A DNA stretch of 64,000 bases from NCBI GenBank assembly GCA_018712985.1, contig DVGA01000048.1, forward strand, positions 2,576-66,575, in the 5' to 3' direction. This document shows, piece by piece, positions 38,715 through 46,550 of this stretch; within the stretch, counting starts at the first letter, position 1, and every line of letters begins with the position of its first letter. The notes under the pieces were generated by a model. It ran no database searches. It saw nothing but the letters and a program-made list of their open reading frames with translations, and was not told the origin of the DNA. This DNA comes from Candidatus Scatomorpha intestinavium (GTDB lineage Bacteria; Bacillota; Clostridia; Oscillospirales; Oscillospiraceae). Made by a program: the position numbers and the translations under genes.

Positions 38715-38741
38715 CTATGCTCTGGCGGGGCTTGCCCCGCC
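38715..38741 (+). repeat. GCTATGC-hairpin word repeat inside the rpsN-rpsH spacer
   Basis: CTATGCTCT followed by the hairpin GGCGGGGC-TT-GCCCCGCC. Confidence 0.6.
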
Positions 38742-38882
38742 GTTGCATACTTCTTCGCTTCCCCGTCCGCGGCCAATGGCCGCCGGGAAGCTGCGTCTGC
38801 AGGAATTTTTCGTCAGACGACGTGCGGCGAGCGCCGCTGTATCGGTATACAGCAAGCGAGCCTCACGATGTATGACGGAAAA

Positions 38883-39068
38883 TTACCAAGACGCCTTTTT
38901 GACGCCCGGGATCTGGCCCTTGTAAGCCAGCTCGCGGAAGCAGATGCGGCAGATGCCGTAATCACGCAGATAGGCGTGCGGGCGGCCGCAGATCTTGCAG
39001 CGGTTGTAGCGCCTGGTGGAGAACTTCGCGGGGCGCTGCTGCTTGAGTATCATAGATTTCTTTGCCAT
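38883..39068 (-). CDS. rpsN: 30S ribosomal protein S14, zinc-binding type Z
   Basis: 61 aa with CKICG..CRIC. Confidence 0.97.
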   Translation of the reverse strand: MAKKSMILKQQRPAKFSTRRYNRCKICGRPHAYLRDYGICRICFRELAYKGQIPGVKKASW

Positions 39069-39082
39069 TGCTGTTCCTCCTA

Positions 39083-39625
39083 TCAGGCGTTGACGAACGG
39101 GGCGCCCATGAGCCTGAGCAGCTCGCGGGCCTCCTCGTCGGTCTGGGCCGTGGTGCAGATGGCGATGTTCATGCCGCGCAGCTTCTCGATCTTGTCGTAC
39201 TCGATCTCGGGGAAGATGATCTGCTCGCGCACGCCGAGGCTGTAGTTGCCGCGGCCGTCAAAAGCGTCCGCCGAAATGCCGCGGAAGTCGCGGACACGGG
39301 GCAGCGCCACGTTGAACAGCCTGTTCAGGAAGTCCCACATGCGGTCGTGGCGGAGGGTGACCTTCACGCCGACGTGCATTCCTTCGCGCAGCTTGAAGTT
39401 TGCGACGGACTTCTTGGCGACGGTGGCGACGGCCTTCTGGCCGGTGATGGCGGTGATGTCCTTGATGACGGCGTCGAGCGCCTTGGCGTTGTCCTTGCAG
39501 TCGCCGCAGCCGACGGAGACAACAATCTTGTCGATGCGGGGGATCTGCATGGAGCTCTTGTACTGGAACTTCTGCATGAGGGCGGGGGCAACCTCTTTGA
39601 CGTACATTTCCTTCATGGTATTCAT
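39083..39625 (-). CDS. rplE: 50S ribosomal protein L5
   Basis: Start is ATG 39625, behind GAGGAGGTG; the track start is the GTG inside that SD. Confidence 0.97.
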   Translation of the reverse strand: MNTMKEMYVKEVAPALMQKFQYKSSMQIPRIDKIVVSVGCGDCKDNAKALDAVIKDITAITGQKAVATVAKKSVANFKLREGMHVGVKVTLRHDRMWDFLNRLFNVALPRVRDFRGISADAFDGRGNYSLGVREQIIFPEIEYDKIEKLRGMNIAICTTAQTDEEARELLRLMGAPFVNA

Positions 39626-39641
39626 CTTAAGCCGCACCTCC

Positions 39642-39950
39642 TCACAGCTCGGCGCCGCAGTGCTTGCAGACGCGGGCCTTCTTGCCGTCCGCGCCGACCT
39701 TGTGGGCCACGCGCGTGGGCTTGTTGCACTTGGGGCAGACCACCATGACCTTGCAGGCGTAAATGGGGGTCTCGACCTTGATTATGGCGCTCTCCTGGCC
39801 CTGCTTGCGGGCCTTCTGGTGCTTGGTGGCAACGGAGACGCCCTGGACGACGACCTTGCCGCCCTTGGGGTCGGCGGAGAGGACCTCGCCAGTCTTGCCC
39901 TTGTCCCTGCCGGACAGGACGATGACCTTGTCGTTCTTCTTAATGTTCAT
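39642..39950 (-). CDS. rplX: 50S ribosomal protein L24
   Basis: 102 aa. Confidence 0.97.
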   Translation of the reverse strand: MNIKKNDKVIVLSGRDKGKTGEVLSADPKGGKVVVQGVSVATKHQKARKQGQESAIIKVETPIYACKVMVVCPKCNKPTRVAHKVGADGKKARVCKHCGAEL

Positions 39951-39962
39951 TTCGCGCCCTCC

Positions 39963-40331
39963 TCAAATGACTTCGGGAGCGAGCGACAGGATCTTCATGT
40001 ACTCCCTGTCGCGGAGCTCGCGGGCAACGGGCCCGAAAATGCGGGTGCCGGTCGGGTTGCGGTCGTCCTTTATCAGCACCGCGGCGTTGTCATCAAAACG
40101 CACATAGGTCCCGTCCGCGCGGCGGACGGCCTTGCTGGTCCTGACGACGACGGCCTTGACAACGTCGCCCTTCTTCACCTGGCCGCCGGGGGCAGCCTTG
40201 CGGACGGAGGCGACTATCACATCGCCGATGCTGGCGTACTTGCGCTTCGAGCCGCCCAGCACACGGATGCACTTGATTTCCTTGGCGCCGGAATTGTCGG
40301 CGACCTTGAGAAAGCTTTCCTGCTGTATCAT
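39963..40331 (-). CDS. rplN: 50S ribosomal protein L14
   Basis: 122 aa. Confidence 0.97.
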   Translation of the reverse strand: MIQQESFLKVADNSGAKEIKCIRVLGGSKRKYASIGDVIVASVRKAAPGGQVKKGDVVKAVVVRTSKAVRRADGTYVRFDDNAAVLIKDDRNPTGTRIFGPVARELRDREYMKILSLAPEVI

Positions 40332-40343
40332 ATGGGCGCCTCC

Positions 40344-40607
40344 TTACTTGGCCTTCTCGATGATTTCGACCACGCGCCAGCGCTTGTCGCGGCTGAGCGG
40401 GCGGGTCTCCATCACGCGAACCCTGTCGCCTATGCCGCACTCGTTGTTCTCGTCGTGCGCCTTGAGGCGGTAGGTACGGCCAATGATCTTCTTATAAGTC
40501 TTATGGGCAACGCGATCCTCGACGATGACGACCACGGTCTTGTCCATCTTGTCGGACACAACCTTGCCGACGCGAGTCTTGCGGGAAGTCGTTCTTACTT
40601 CACTCAT
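40344..40607 (-). CDS. rpsQ: 30S ribosomal protein S17
   Basis: 87 aa. Confidence 0.97.
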   Translation of the reverse strand: MSEVRTTSRKTRVGKVVSDKMDKTVVVIVEDRVAHKTYKKIIGRTYRLKAHDENNECGIGDRVRVMETRPLSRDKRWRVVEIIEKAK

Positions 40608-40621
40608 TGTCTCTTACCTCC

Positions 40622-40816
40622 TCAGCGCCCAAGCTGCTTTTCACGGATGACCGTCTTCACTCGGGCAATGTCGCGCCGGGTCGCGGAGATCTTCGTGGGG
40701 TTGTCAAGATGATTGGTGGCATGCTGCATGCGGAGCATGAACAGGTCCTTCTTGAGGTCGGCGAGCTTCTGCTCGAGCTCGCTCTCGGACATGGAGCGTA
40801 TTTCGTTTGCCTTCAT
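40622..40816 (-). CDS. rpmC: 50S ribosomal protein L29
   Basis: Start is at [10 protein letters not shown] (ATG 40816). Confidence 0.95.
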   Translation of the reverse strand: MKANEIRSMSESELEQKLADLKKDLFMLRMQHATNHLDNPTKISATRRDIARVKTVIREKQLGR

Positions 40817-40817
40817 C

Positions 40818-41246
40818 TCATTCACCACCGTTCTCGGTATCCGCCTTGCTGACGATCTTGGTCTTGCAGGGCAGCTTGTGGCTGGCGAGGCGCAGCGCCT
40901 CCCTGGCGGTCTCCTCGCTCACGCCTGCGATCTCAAAGAGGACGCGGCCGGGCTTGACAACGGCGACCCAGTACTCGGGAGAGCCCTTACCGGAGCCCAT
41001 GCGGGTTTCGGCAGGTTTCTGGGTGACCGGCTTGTCGGGGAAAATCTTGATCCAGACCTGGCCGCCGCGGCGCGTATAGCGCGTCATGGCGATACGTGCG
41101 GCCTCTATCTGGTTGGAGGTTATCCAGCAGGGCTCCTGAGCCTGGAGCCCGAACTCACCGTAGTTCACAACGTTGCCGCGCATGGCCTTGCCCTTCATGC
41201 GGCCGCGCTGCACCCTGCGGTATTTGACTCTCTTGGGCATCAGCAT
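40818..41246 (-). CDS. rplP: 50S ribosomal protein L16
   Basis: 142 aa. Confidence 0.97.
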   Translation of the reverse strand: MLMPKRVKYRRVQRGRMKGKAMRGNVVNYGEFGLQAQEPCWITSNQIEAARIAMTRYTRRGGQVWIKIFPDKPVTQKPAETRMGSGKGSPEYWVAVVKPGRVLFEIAGVSEETAREALRLASHKLPCKTKIVSKADTENGGE

Positions 41247-42142
41247 CAGTTGCTGCCTCCTTCCTTAGTCTCCGGGCGCGGGGCCTGTCCGGCCGGCCTC
41301 GGGGCGCGGTTGTAGCCGCCCTGACGGTTGTTGTTGTCGCGGTTGTAGCCGCCCTGGCGATTATCGCGGCTGTAGCCGCCGCCCTGGCGGTTGTTGTCGC
41401 GGTTATAGCCGCCCTGGCCGCCCCTGTAGCCTCCGTGGCGGTCGTCGCGGCGGTCGCGGCGGCGCTCCTGCGGCTTGGAGAGGTCCATGGTGCGCGGGGT
41501 GGTGCGCAGGGTCTGGCTGAGGATCTCGCCCTTGTAGATCCAGACCTTCACACCGATGCGGCCGTAGGTGGTAGCGGCCTCGGCGAAGCCGTAGTCGATG
41601 TCGGCGCGCAGGGTCTGCAGGGGGATGGTGCCCTCGTGATAGCACTCGCTGCGGGCGATCTCGGCGCCGCCGAGGCGGCCGCCGCACATGACCTTGATGC
41701 CCTTGGCGCCCATGCGCATTGCGCGGCCGATGGCGTTCTTCATCGCGCGGCGGAAGCCGATGCGCTTCTCGAGCTGGCTGGCGATGTTCTCGGCCACGAG
41801 CTGGGCGTTGGTGTCCGGCGTGCGGACCTCGACGATGGAGAGGGCCACGGGCTTGCCGATCATCTTGGAGACCTGCGCCTGCAGCTTCTCGATCTCGGCG
41901 CCGCCCTTGCCGATCACGACGCCGGGGCGGGAGCAGTGGATATAGATGCGGACCTTGTTGCTGTCGCGCTCGATCTCGATCTTCGGCACGCCGGCGGAGT
42001 ACAGGGTCTTCTTCAGGAAGCGGCGGATGTTGTAGTCCTCGACTATCAGGTCGCCGACCTTGTCGTTGCGGGCGTACCAGCGGGAATCCCAGTCCTTTAT
42101 TACGCCGACGCGAAGGCCGTGCGGATTAACTTTCTGTCCCAT
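41246..42142 (-). CDS. rpsC: 30S ribosomal protein S3 with a roughly 77-aa repeat-rich C-terminal extension
   Basis: 298 aa. A normal S3 core is followed by an [52 protein letters not shown] tail. Confidence 0.95.
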   Translation of the reverse strand: MGQKVNPHGLRVGVIKDWDSRWYARNDKVGDLIVEDYNIRRFLKKTLYSAGVPKIEIERDSNKVRIYIHCSRPGVVIGKGGAEIEKLQAQVSKMIGKPVALSIVEVRTPDTNAQLVAENIASQLEKRIGFRRAMKNAIGRAMRMGAKGIKVMCGGRLGGAEIARSECYHEGTIPLQTLRADIDYGFAEAATTYGRIGVKVWIYKGEILSQTLRTTPRTMDLSKPQERRRDRRDDRHGGYRGGQGGYNRDNNRQGGGYSRDNRQGGYNRDNNNRQGGYNRAPRPAGQAPRPETKEGGSN

Positions 42143-42157
42143 TCTTCGCGCCTCCTC

Positions 42158-42505
42158 TTATTCCTTCTCAGCCACGACAACGGTGATGTGGCTGGTGCGC
42201 TTGTTTATGCGGTACATACGTCCATGGGCCCTCGGCTGGCCGCGCTTGAGTATCGGGCCGGCGTCGACATAGCAGCTCTGGACATAGAGCTTCTCGGGGT
42301 CCATCTCGTAGTTGTTCTCGGCGTTGGCCACCGCGCTCTTGAGCACCTTGATGACGTGCTCGCAGCCGGCCTTCGGGGTGTTGGCCATAAGGGCCTCGGC
42401 GTAGGCAGCGTCCTTGCCGCGGATCATGTCGCAGATTATCTGCACCTTGCGGGGGGCAATGCGGATGAATTTCGCCTGTGCCCTCGCGGTTTTCAGCTCT
42501 TCCAT
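42158..42505 (-). CDS. rplV: 50S ribosomal protein L22
   Basis: 115 aa. Confidence 0.97.
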   Translation of the reverse strand: MEELKTARAQAKFIRIAPRKVQIICDMIRGKDAAYAEALMANTPKAGCEHVIKVLKSAVANAENNYEMDPEKLYVQSCYVDAGPILKRGQPRAHGRMYRINKRTSHITVVVAEKE

Positions 42506-42517
42506 GCTCTCTCCCCC

Positions 42518-42790
42518 TTACTTGCCGGCCTTGCCGCCGCTGTGGCCGCGGAACGTGCGGGTGGGCGCGAACTCGCCCAGCTTGTGGCCAACCATGTCCT
42601 CGGTGATATAGACGGGGACGTGGCGCCGCCCGTCGTGTACGGCTATCGTGTGCCCCACGAAGGACGGGAATATCGTGCTGGCGCGGCTCCAGGTCTTCAG
42701 GACCTTCTTCTCGCCGGCCTTGTTGAGCTCATCGACGCGCTTCAGCAGCTCGGGAGCTGCGAACGGGCCCTTCTTAATGCTTCTGCTCAT
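42518..42790 (-). CDS. rpsS: 30S ribosomal protein S19
   Basis: 90 aa. Confidence 0.97.
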   Translation of the reverse strand: MSRSIKKGPFAAPELLKRVDELNKAGEKKVLKTWSRASTIFPSFVGHTIAVHDGRRHVPVYITEDMVGHKLGEFAPTRTFRGHSGGKAGK

Positions 42791-42806
42791 TTACTCGTCT
42801 CCCTCC

Positions 42807-43643
<837 letters not shown>

Positions 43644-43658
43644 CTCTCATAACCTCCC

Positions 43659-43955
43659 TTACGCCATGCCCTCAAAGAGCTCTATGCTCTTGGAGGCGTC
43701 GCTGAGCTTCACGACGGCCTTCTTCCAGGTCTTCGTATAGCCCTCCGGCATGGCGCCGGTGCGCTTTTTCTTGCCCTTCACGGTCGTGGTGGTGACCTTG
43801 ATGACCGTGACGCCGAAGATTTCCTCAACGGCCTTCTTTATCTCGATCTTGTTCGCGTCCTTAGCGACCTCGAAGGCATACTTCTTGATGTCGAGGTCCT
43901 CCATCGACTGCTCGGTGATGATGGGACGGATAATGATATCGTACGCGGAAGTCAT
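43659..43955 (-). CDS. rplW: 50S ribosomal protein L23
   Basis: 98 aa. Confidence 0.97.
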   Translation of the reverse strand: MTSAYDIIIRPIITEQSMEDLDIKKYAFEVAKDANKIEIKKAVEEIFGVTVIKVTTTTVKGKKKRTGAMPEGYTKTWKKAVVKLSDASKSIELFEGMA

Positions 43956-44578
43956 CAGGCGAACACCTCCTCGATCTTCTGCAGCGCGGCCTTGTCGACC
44001 ACGAGCACGCGGTTGTTCAGTATCTCGTAAGCCGAGATGATGGTGGCGGTCGTGGTGGTCACGCCGGGGATGTTCCTCGCGGAGAGCACTACGTTGTTGT
44101 CCACGTTCTCGGTGATGACCATCGCCTTGCCCTCGGCGCCGATCTTACGCAGGAACTCGGCGAAGGGCTTGGTCTTGACGGTGTCCACGGTCAGCCCGTC
44201 GACGACGAGGACGGCGTTCTCGGCGGCCTTGGCGCTCAGGGCGCTCTTGAGGGCGAGGCGGCGGGTCTTCTTCGTCAGGCTGTAGCGGTAATCACGCGGC
44301 TTCGGCGCGAAGGCCACGCCGCCGTGACGCCACACTGGGCTGCCGGCATAGCCGGCGCGGGCACGGCCGGTGCCCTTCTGACGCCAGGGCTTCTTGGTGG
44401 TGTAGCTGACCTCGCCCTTGGTGAGCGCGCTCTGCGTGCCCTGGCGCTGATTGGCGAGATAGTTCTTGACGGCTGCGTGGAGGACGGCCTCGTTCGGCTC
44501 GATGCCGAAAACGGCCTCGGAGAGGGCGTACTCGCCGACCTTTTCGCCTGCCATATTGTAAATGACTGCATTGGGCAT
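43955..44578 (-). CDS. rplD: 50S ribosomal protein L4
   Basis: 207 aa. Confidence 0.97.
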   Translation of the reverse strand: MPNAVIYNMAGEKVGEYALSEAVFGIEPNEAVLHAAVKNYLANQRQGTQSALTKGEVSYTTKKPWRQKGTGRARAGYAGSPVWRHGGVAFAPKPRDYRYSLTKKTRRLALKSALSAKAAENAVLVVDGLTVDTVKTKPFAEFLRKIGAEGKAMVITENVDNNVVLSARNIPGVTTTTATIISAYEILNNRVLVVDKAALQKIEEVFA

Positions 44579-44596
44579 TGTGTCTCTCTCCTTTCC

Positions 44597-45295
44597 TTAG
44601 CCTCTGGCCGACCGCTTCTGCGGGTTGGTGCTGATGGTGGGGGTCGCGGGGCCCTTGCGGACGAACTTCTTGACGGAGTTCTTGAGGTACACTATGCCGC
44701 CCTTCGGGCCGGGGATGGCGCCGCGGACGACTATCATATTAAGCTCGGGGTCGACCTTGACTACGTCGAGGTTCTGGACCGTGACCTGCTCCACGCCCAT
44801 ATGGCCGGCGCCGATCTTGCCCTTGAAGATACGGGAGGGGTCGGTGCTGGAGCCCATGGAGCCGGCGTGGCGGTGCACGGGGCCGGTGCCGTGGCTCTCT
44901 TTAAGGCGGTGGGCGCCGTGGCGCTTGATGACGCCGGCGTAGCCCTTGCCCTTGCTGATGCCGGTGACGTCGACTCTCTCGCCCTCTTTGAACACATCGG
45001 CCTTCAGGGTGTCGCCGACGTTAAGGCCGGAGCAGTCCTCCAGCCGGAACTCGTGCAGGTGGCGCTGCGGGGCGACCCCGGCCTTCTCAACGTGGCCGAG
45101 CTCGGGCTTGGTGAGCTTCTTGGCCGCGCACTCGTCAAAGCCGAGCTGGACGGAATCGTAGCCTTCCTTGTCAGCCGTCTTCTTCTGGACGACCACGCAG
45201 GGGCCGGCCTCGATAACGGTCACCGGAACGACCTTGCCTGCCTCATCGAAGATCTGCGTCATGCCGACCTTCCTGCCGATGATGGCTTTCTTCAT
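44597..45295 (-). CDS. rplC: 50S ribosomal protein L3
   Basis: 232 aa. Confidence 0.97.
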   Translation of the reverse strand: MKKAIIGRKVGMTQIFDEAGKVVPVTVIEAGPCVVVQKKTADKEGYDSVQLGFDECAAKKLTKPELGHVEKAGVAPQRHLHEFRLEDCSGLNVGDTLKADVFKEGERVDVTGISKGKGYAGVIKRHGAHRLKESHGTGPVHRHAGSMGSSTDPSRIFKGKIGAGHMGVEQVTVQNLDVVKVDPELNMIVVRGAIPGPKGGIVYLKNSVKKFVRKGPATPTISTNPQKRSARG

Positions 45296-45402
45296 TTATA
45301 TTTCCTCCTTCGGTTATTGGTTGAAGCGGCTCGTGCGTCCGCCCCAACATGACCCTGCCCGTTCACGCAAGTCGCGGGCAAGCGGGTTAACTGATTTGGT
45401 GC

Positions 45403-45714
45403 TTACAGCTTGATCTCGATCTCGACGCCCGCGGGAAGCTCAAGGCTCATCAGGGCCTCGACGGTCTTCTGGGTGGGGCTCATGATGTCGATAAGGCGCT
45501 TGTGGGTGCGGCGCTCAAACTGCTCGCGGCTGTCCTTGTACTTGTGGACCGCGCGGAGGATGGTGACGACCTCCTTCTTGGTCGGCAGGGGGATGGGGCC
45601 GGACACCTTAGCGTCCGTGCGCTTGGCCGTTTCGACTATCGTCTCGGCCGCCTTGTCGATGAGCTGGTGGTCGTAAGCCTTCAGCCTGATGCGGATCATT
45701 TTCTTTGCTGCCAT
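45403..45714 (-). CDS. rpsJ: 30S ribosomal protein S10
   Basis: Start is at [16 protein letters not shown] (ATG 45714), behind AGGAGGAAAAG. Confidence 0.97.
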   Translation of the reverse strand: MAAKKMIRIRLKAYDHQLIDKAAETIVETAKRTDAKVSGPIPLPTKKEVVTILRAVHKYKDSREQFERRTHKRLIDIMSPTQKTVEALMSLELPAGVEIEIKL

Positions 45715-45810
45715 TTCTTTTCCTCCTGATTTCGTACTTAGGCGGTGCAGCCCGCCCATTGGTACGGAGGCAAATTTCCATACACGCAACCGTGCGTATC
45801 AAACCCCGCC

Positions 45811-45840
45811 CGAAAAACAAACCGGCTTTTGGCCGGCTGC
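45811..45840 (-). promoter_or_regulatory. terminator-like hairpin inside the S10 operon leader (candidate attenuator)
   Basis: The minus strand reads GCCGGC-CAAAA-GCCGGT followed by TTGTTTTT, about 100 nt upstream of the rpsJ ATG and downstream of the predicted promoter. Confidence 0.4.
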
Positions 45841-45993
45841 TCCCCGTCCGGGCGATATACGCCGCGTACGGAAAAGTGCTCGTCCGCCCGATTCCGCGCG
45901 CACTCAGGCGCGCCGGACATACTCCACGGAAGTTACCGGTGAAAACCGCAATCTCCCGCTTCAACGCATACCTGCCCCACGGCAGGCCACAGT

Positions 45994-46022
45994 AGAATAT
46001 CAAAACACGCGCGTATTGTCAA
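45994..46022 (-). promoter_or_regulatory. sigma-A-type promoter of the S10-spc-alpha operon
   Basis: Minus strand: TTGACA, 17 nt, TATTCT, within an AT-rich UP-like stretch. Confidence 0.55.
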
Positions 46023-46095
46023 TAGTTTTTTCGGAAAAATCTCTGAAAATCGGGCATATTTTTTGTGAAACCCTCCAACCGCACTGCGTGCGGTC

Positions 46096-46130
46096 GGACT
46101 GCGCCTGGAGGCAGAGCGCGGCGCGAAGCG
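46096..46130 (-). repeat. GC word repeat (GCGCTCTGCCTCCAGGCGCAG family), inverted copy
   Basis: The minus strand reads CGCTTCGCGCCGCGCTCTGCCTCCAGGCGCAGTCC; compare 22765-22799 and 46386-46420. Confidence 0.7.
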
Positions 46131-46385
46131 CCGCGGGGCGGAGTGCAAGGGCGAGGCCCCTGCAAACCCCTTCTGAGAGATTTCTTTTTGTCTTGTCAAA
46201 AAGAAACCCCTCAGACTCCAAAGAAAAGACGCTTTGGTGCGAAACGTAGCCAAAAGCCGGTTTTCACCAAACTTTCCATTATCGAAAGGTTCCCATCTCG
46301 AAGGGTGAATGACTGTCCACATCGCCGACCGTGCGTTTGCTTCGCTTCGCTCGCGGCACTGACGGGAAATAAATGAAACCTCCGC

Positions 46386-46420
46386 CGCGAAGCGGCGCTC
46401 TGCCTCCAGGCGCAGCCTGG
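46386..46420 (+). repeat. GC word repeat (GCGAAGC..GCGCTCTGCCTCCAGGCGCAGCCTGG)
   Basis: CGCGAAGCGGCGCTCTGCCTCCAGGCGCAGCCTGG, near-identical to 22765-22799. Confidence 0.7.
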
Positions 46421-46497
46421 CTCCCGTTTCTTTGTGCGCAGACCAAAGAAATGGGGTGGCAAATGAGTTTGCAGGGACCCTCGTCCCTGCAATCCAG

Positions 46498-46531
46498 CTC
46501 AAAAGCCGGGGCCCGGGGCCCCGACTTTTGG
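46498..46531 (-). terminator. terminator after the P-type ATPase
   Basis: The minus strand reads AAAAGTCGGGGCCCCGGGCCCCGGCTTTTGA. Confidence 0.75.
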
Positions 46532-46550
46532 ATTGCTGGTTGGTTGAGGG

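Noticed and set aside
45608-46502. Minus-strand ORFs of 131 and 189 aa, and several 60-100-aa ORFs, in the rpsJ-upstream gap.
   Set aside because: They span the predicted S10 promoter and the hairpin word repeats and lack SDs. Their sequences are dominated by translated repeats (..CLQAQSDRTQCGW.., ..CAWRQSAASRRRF..).
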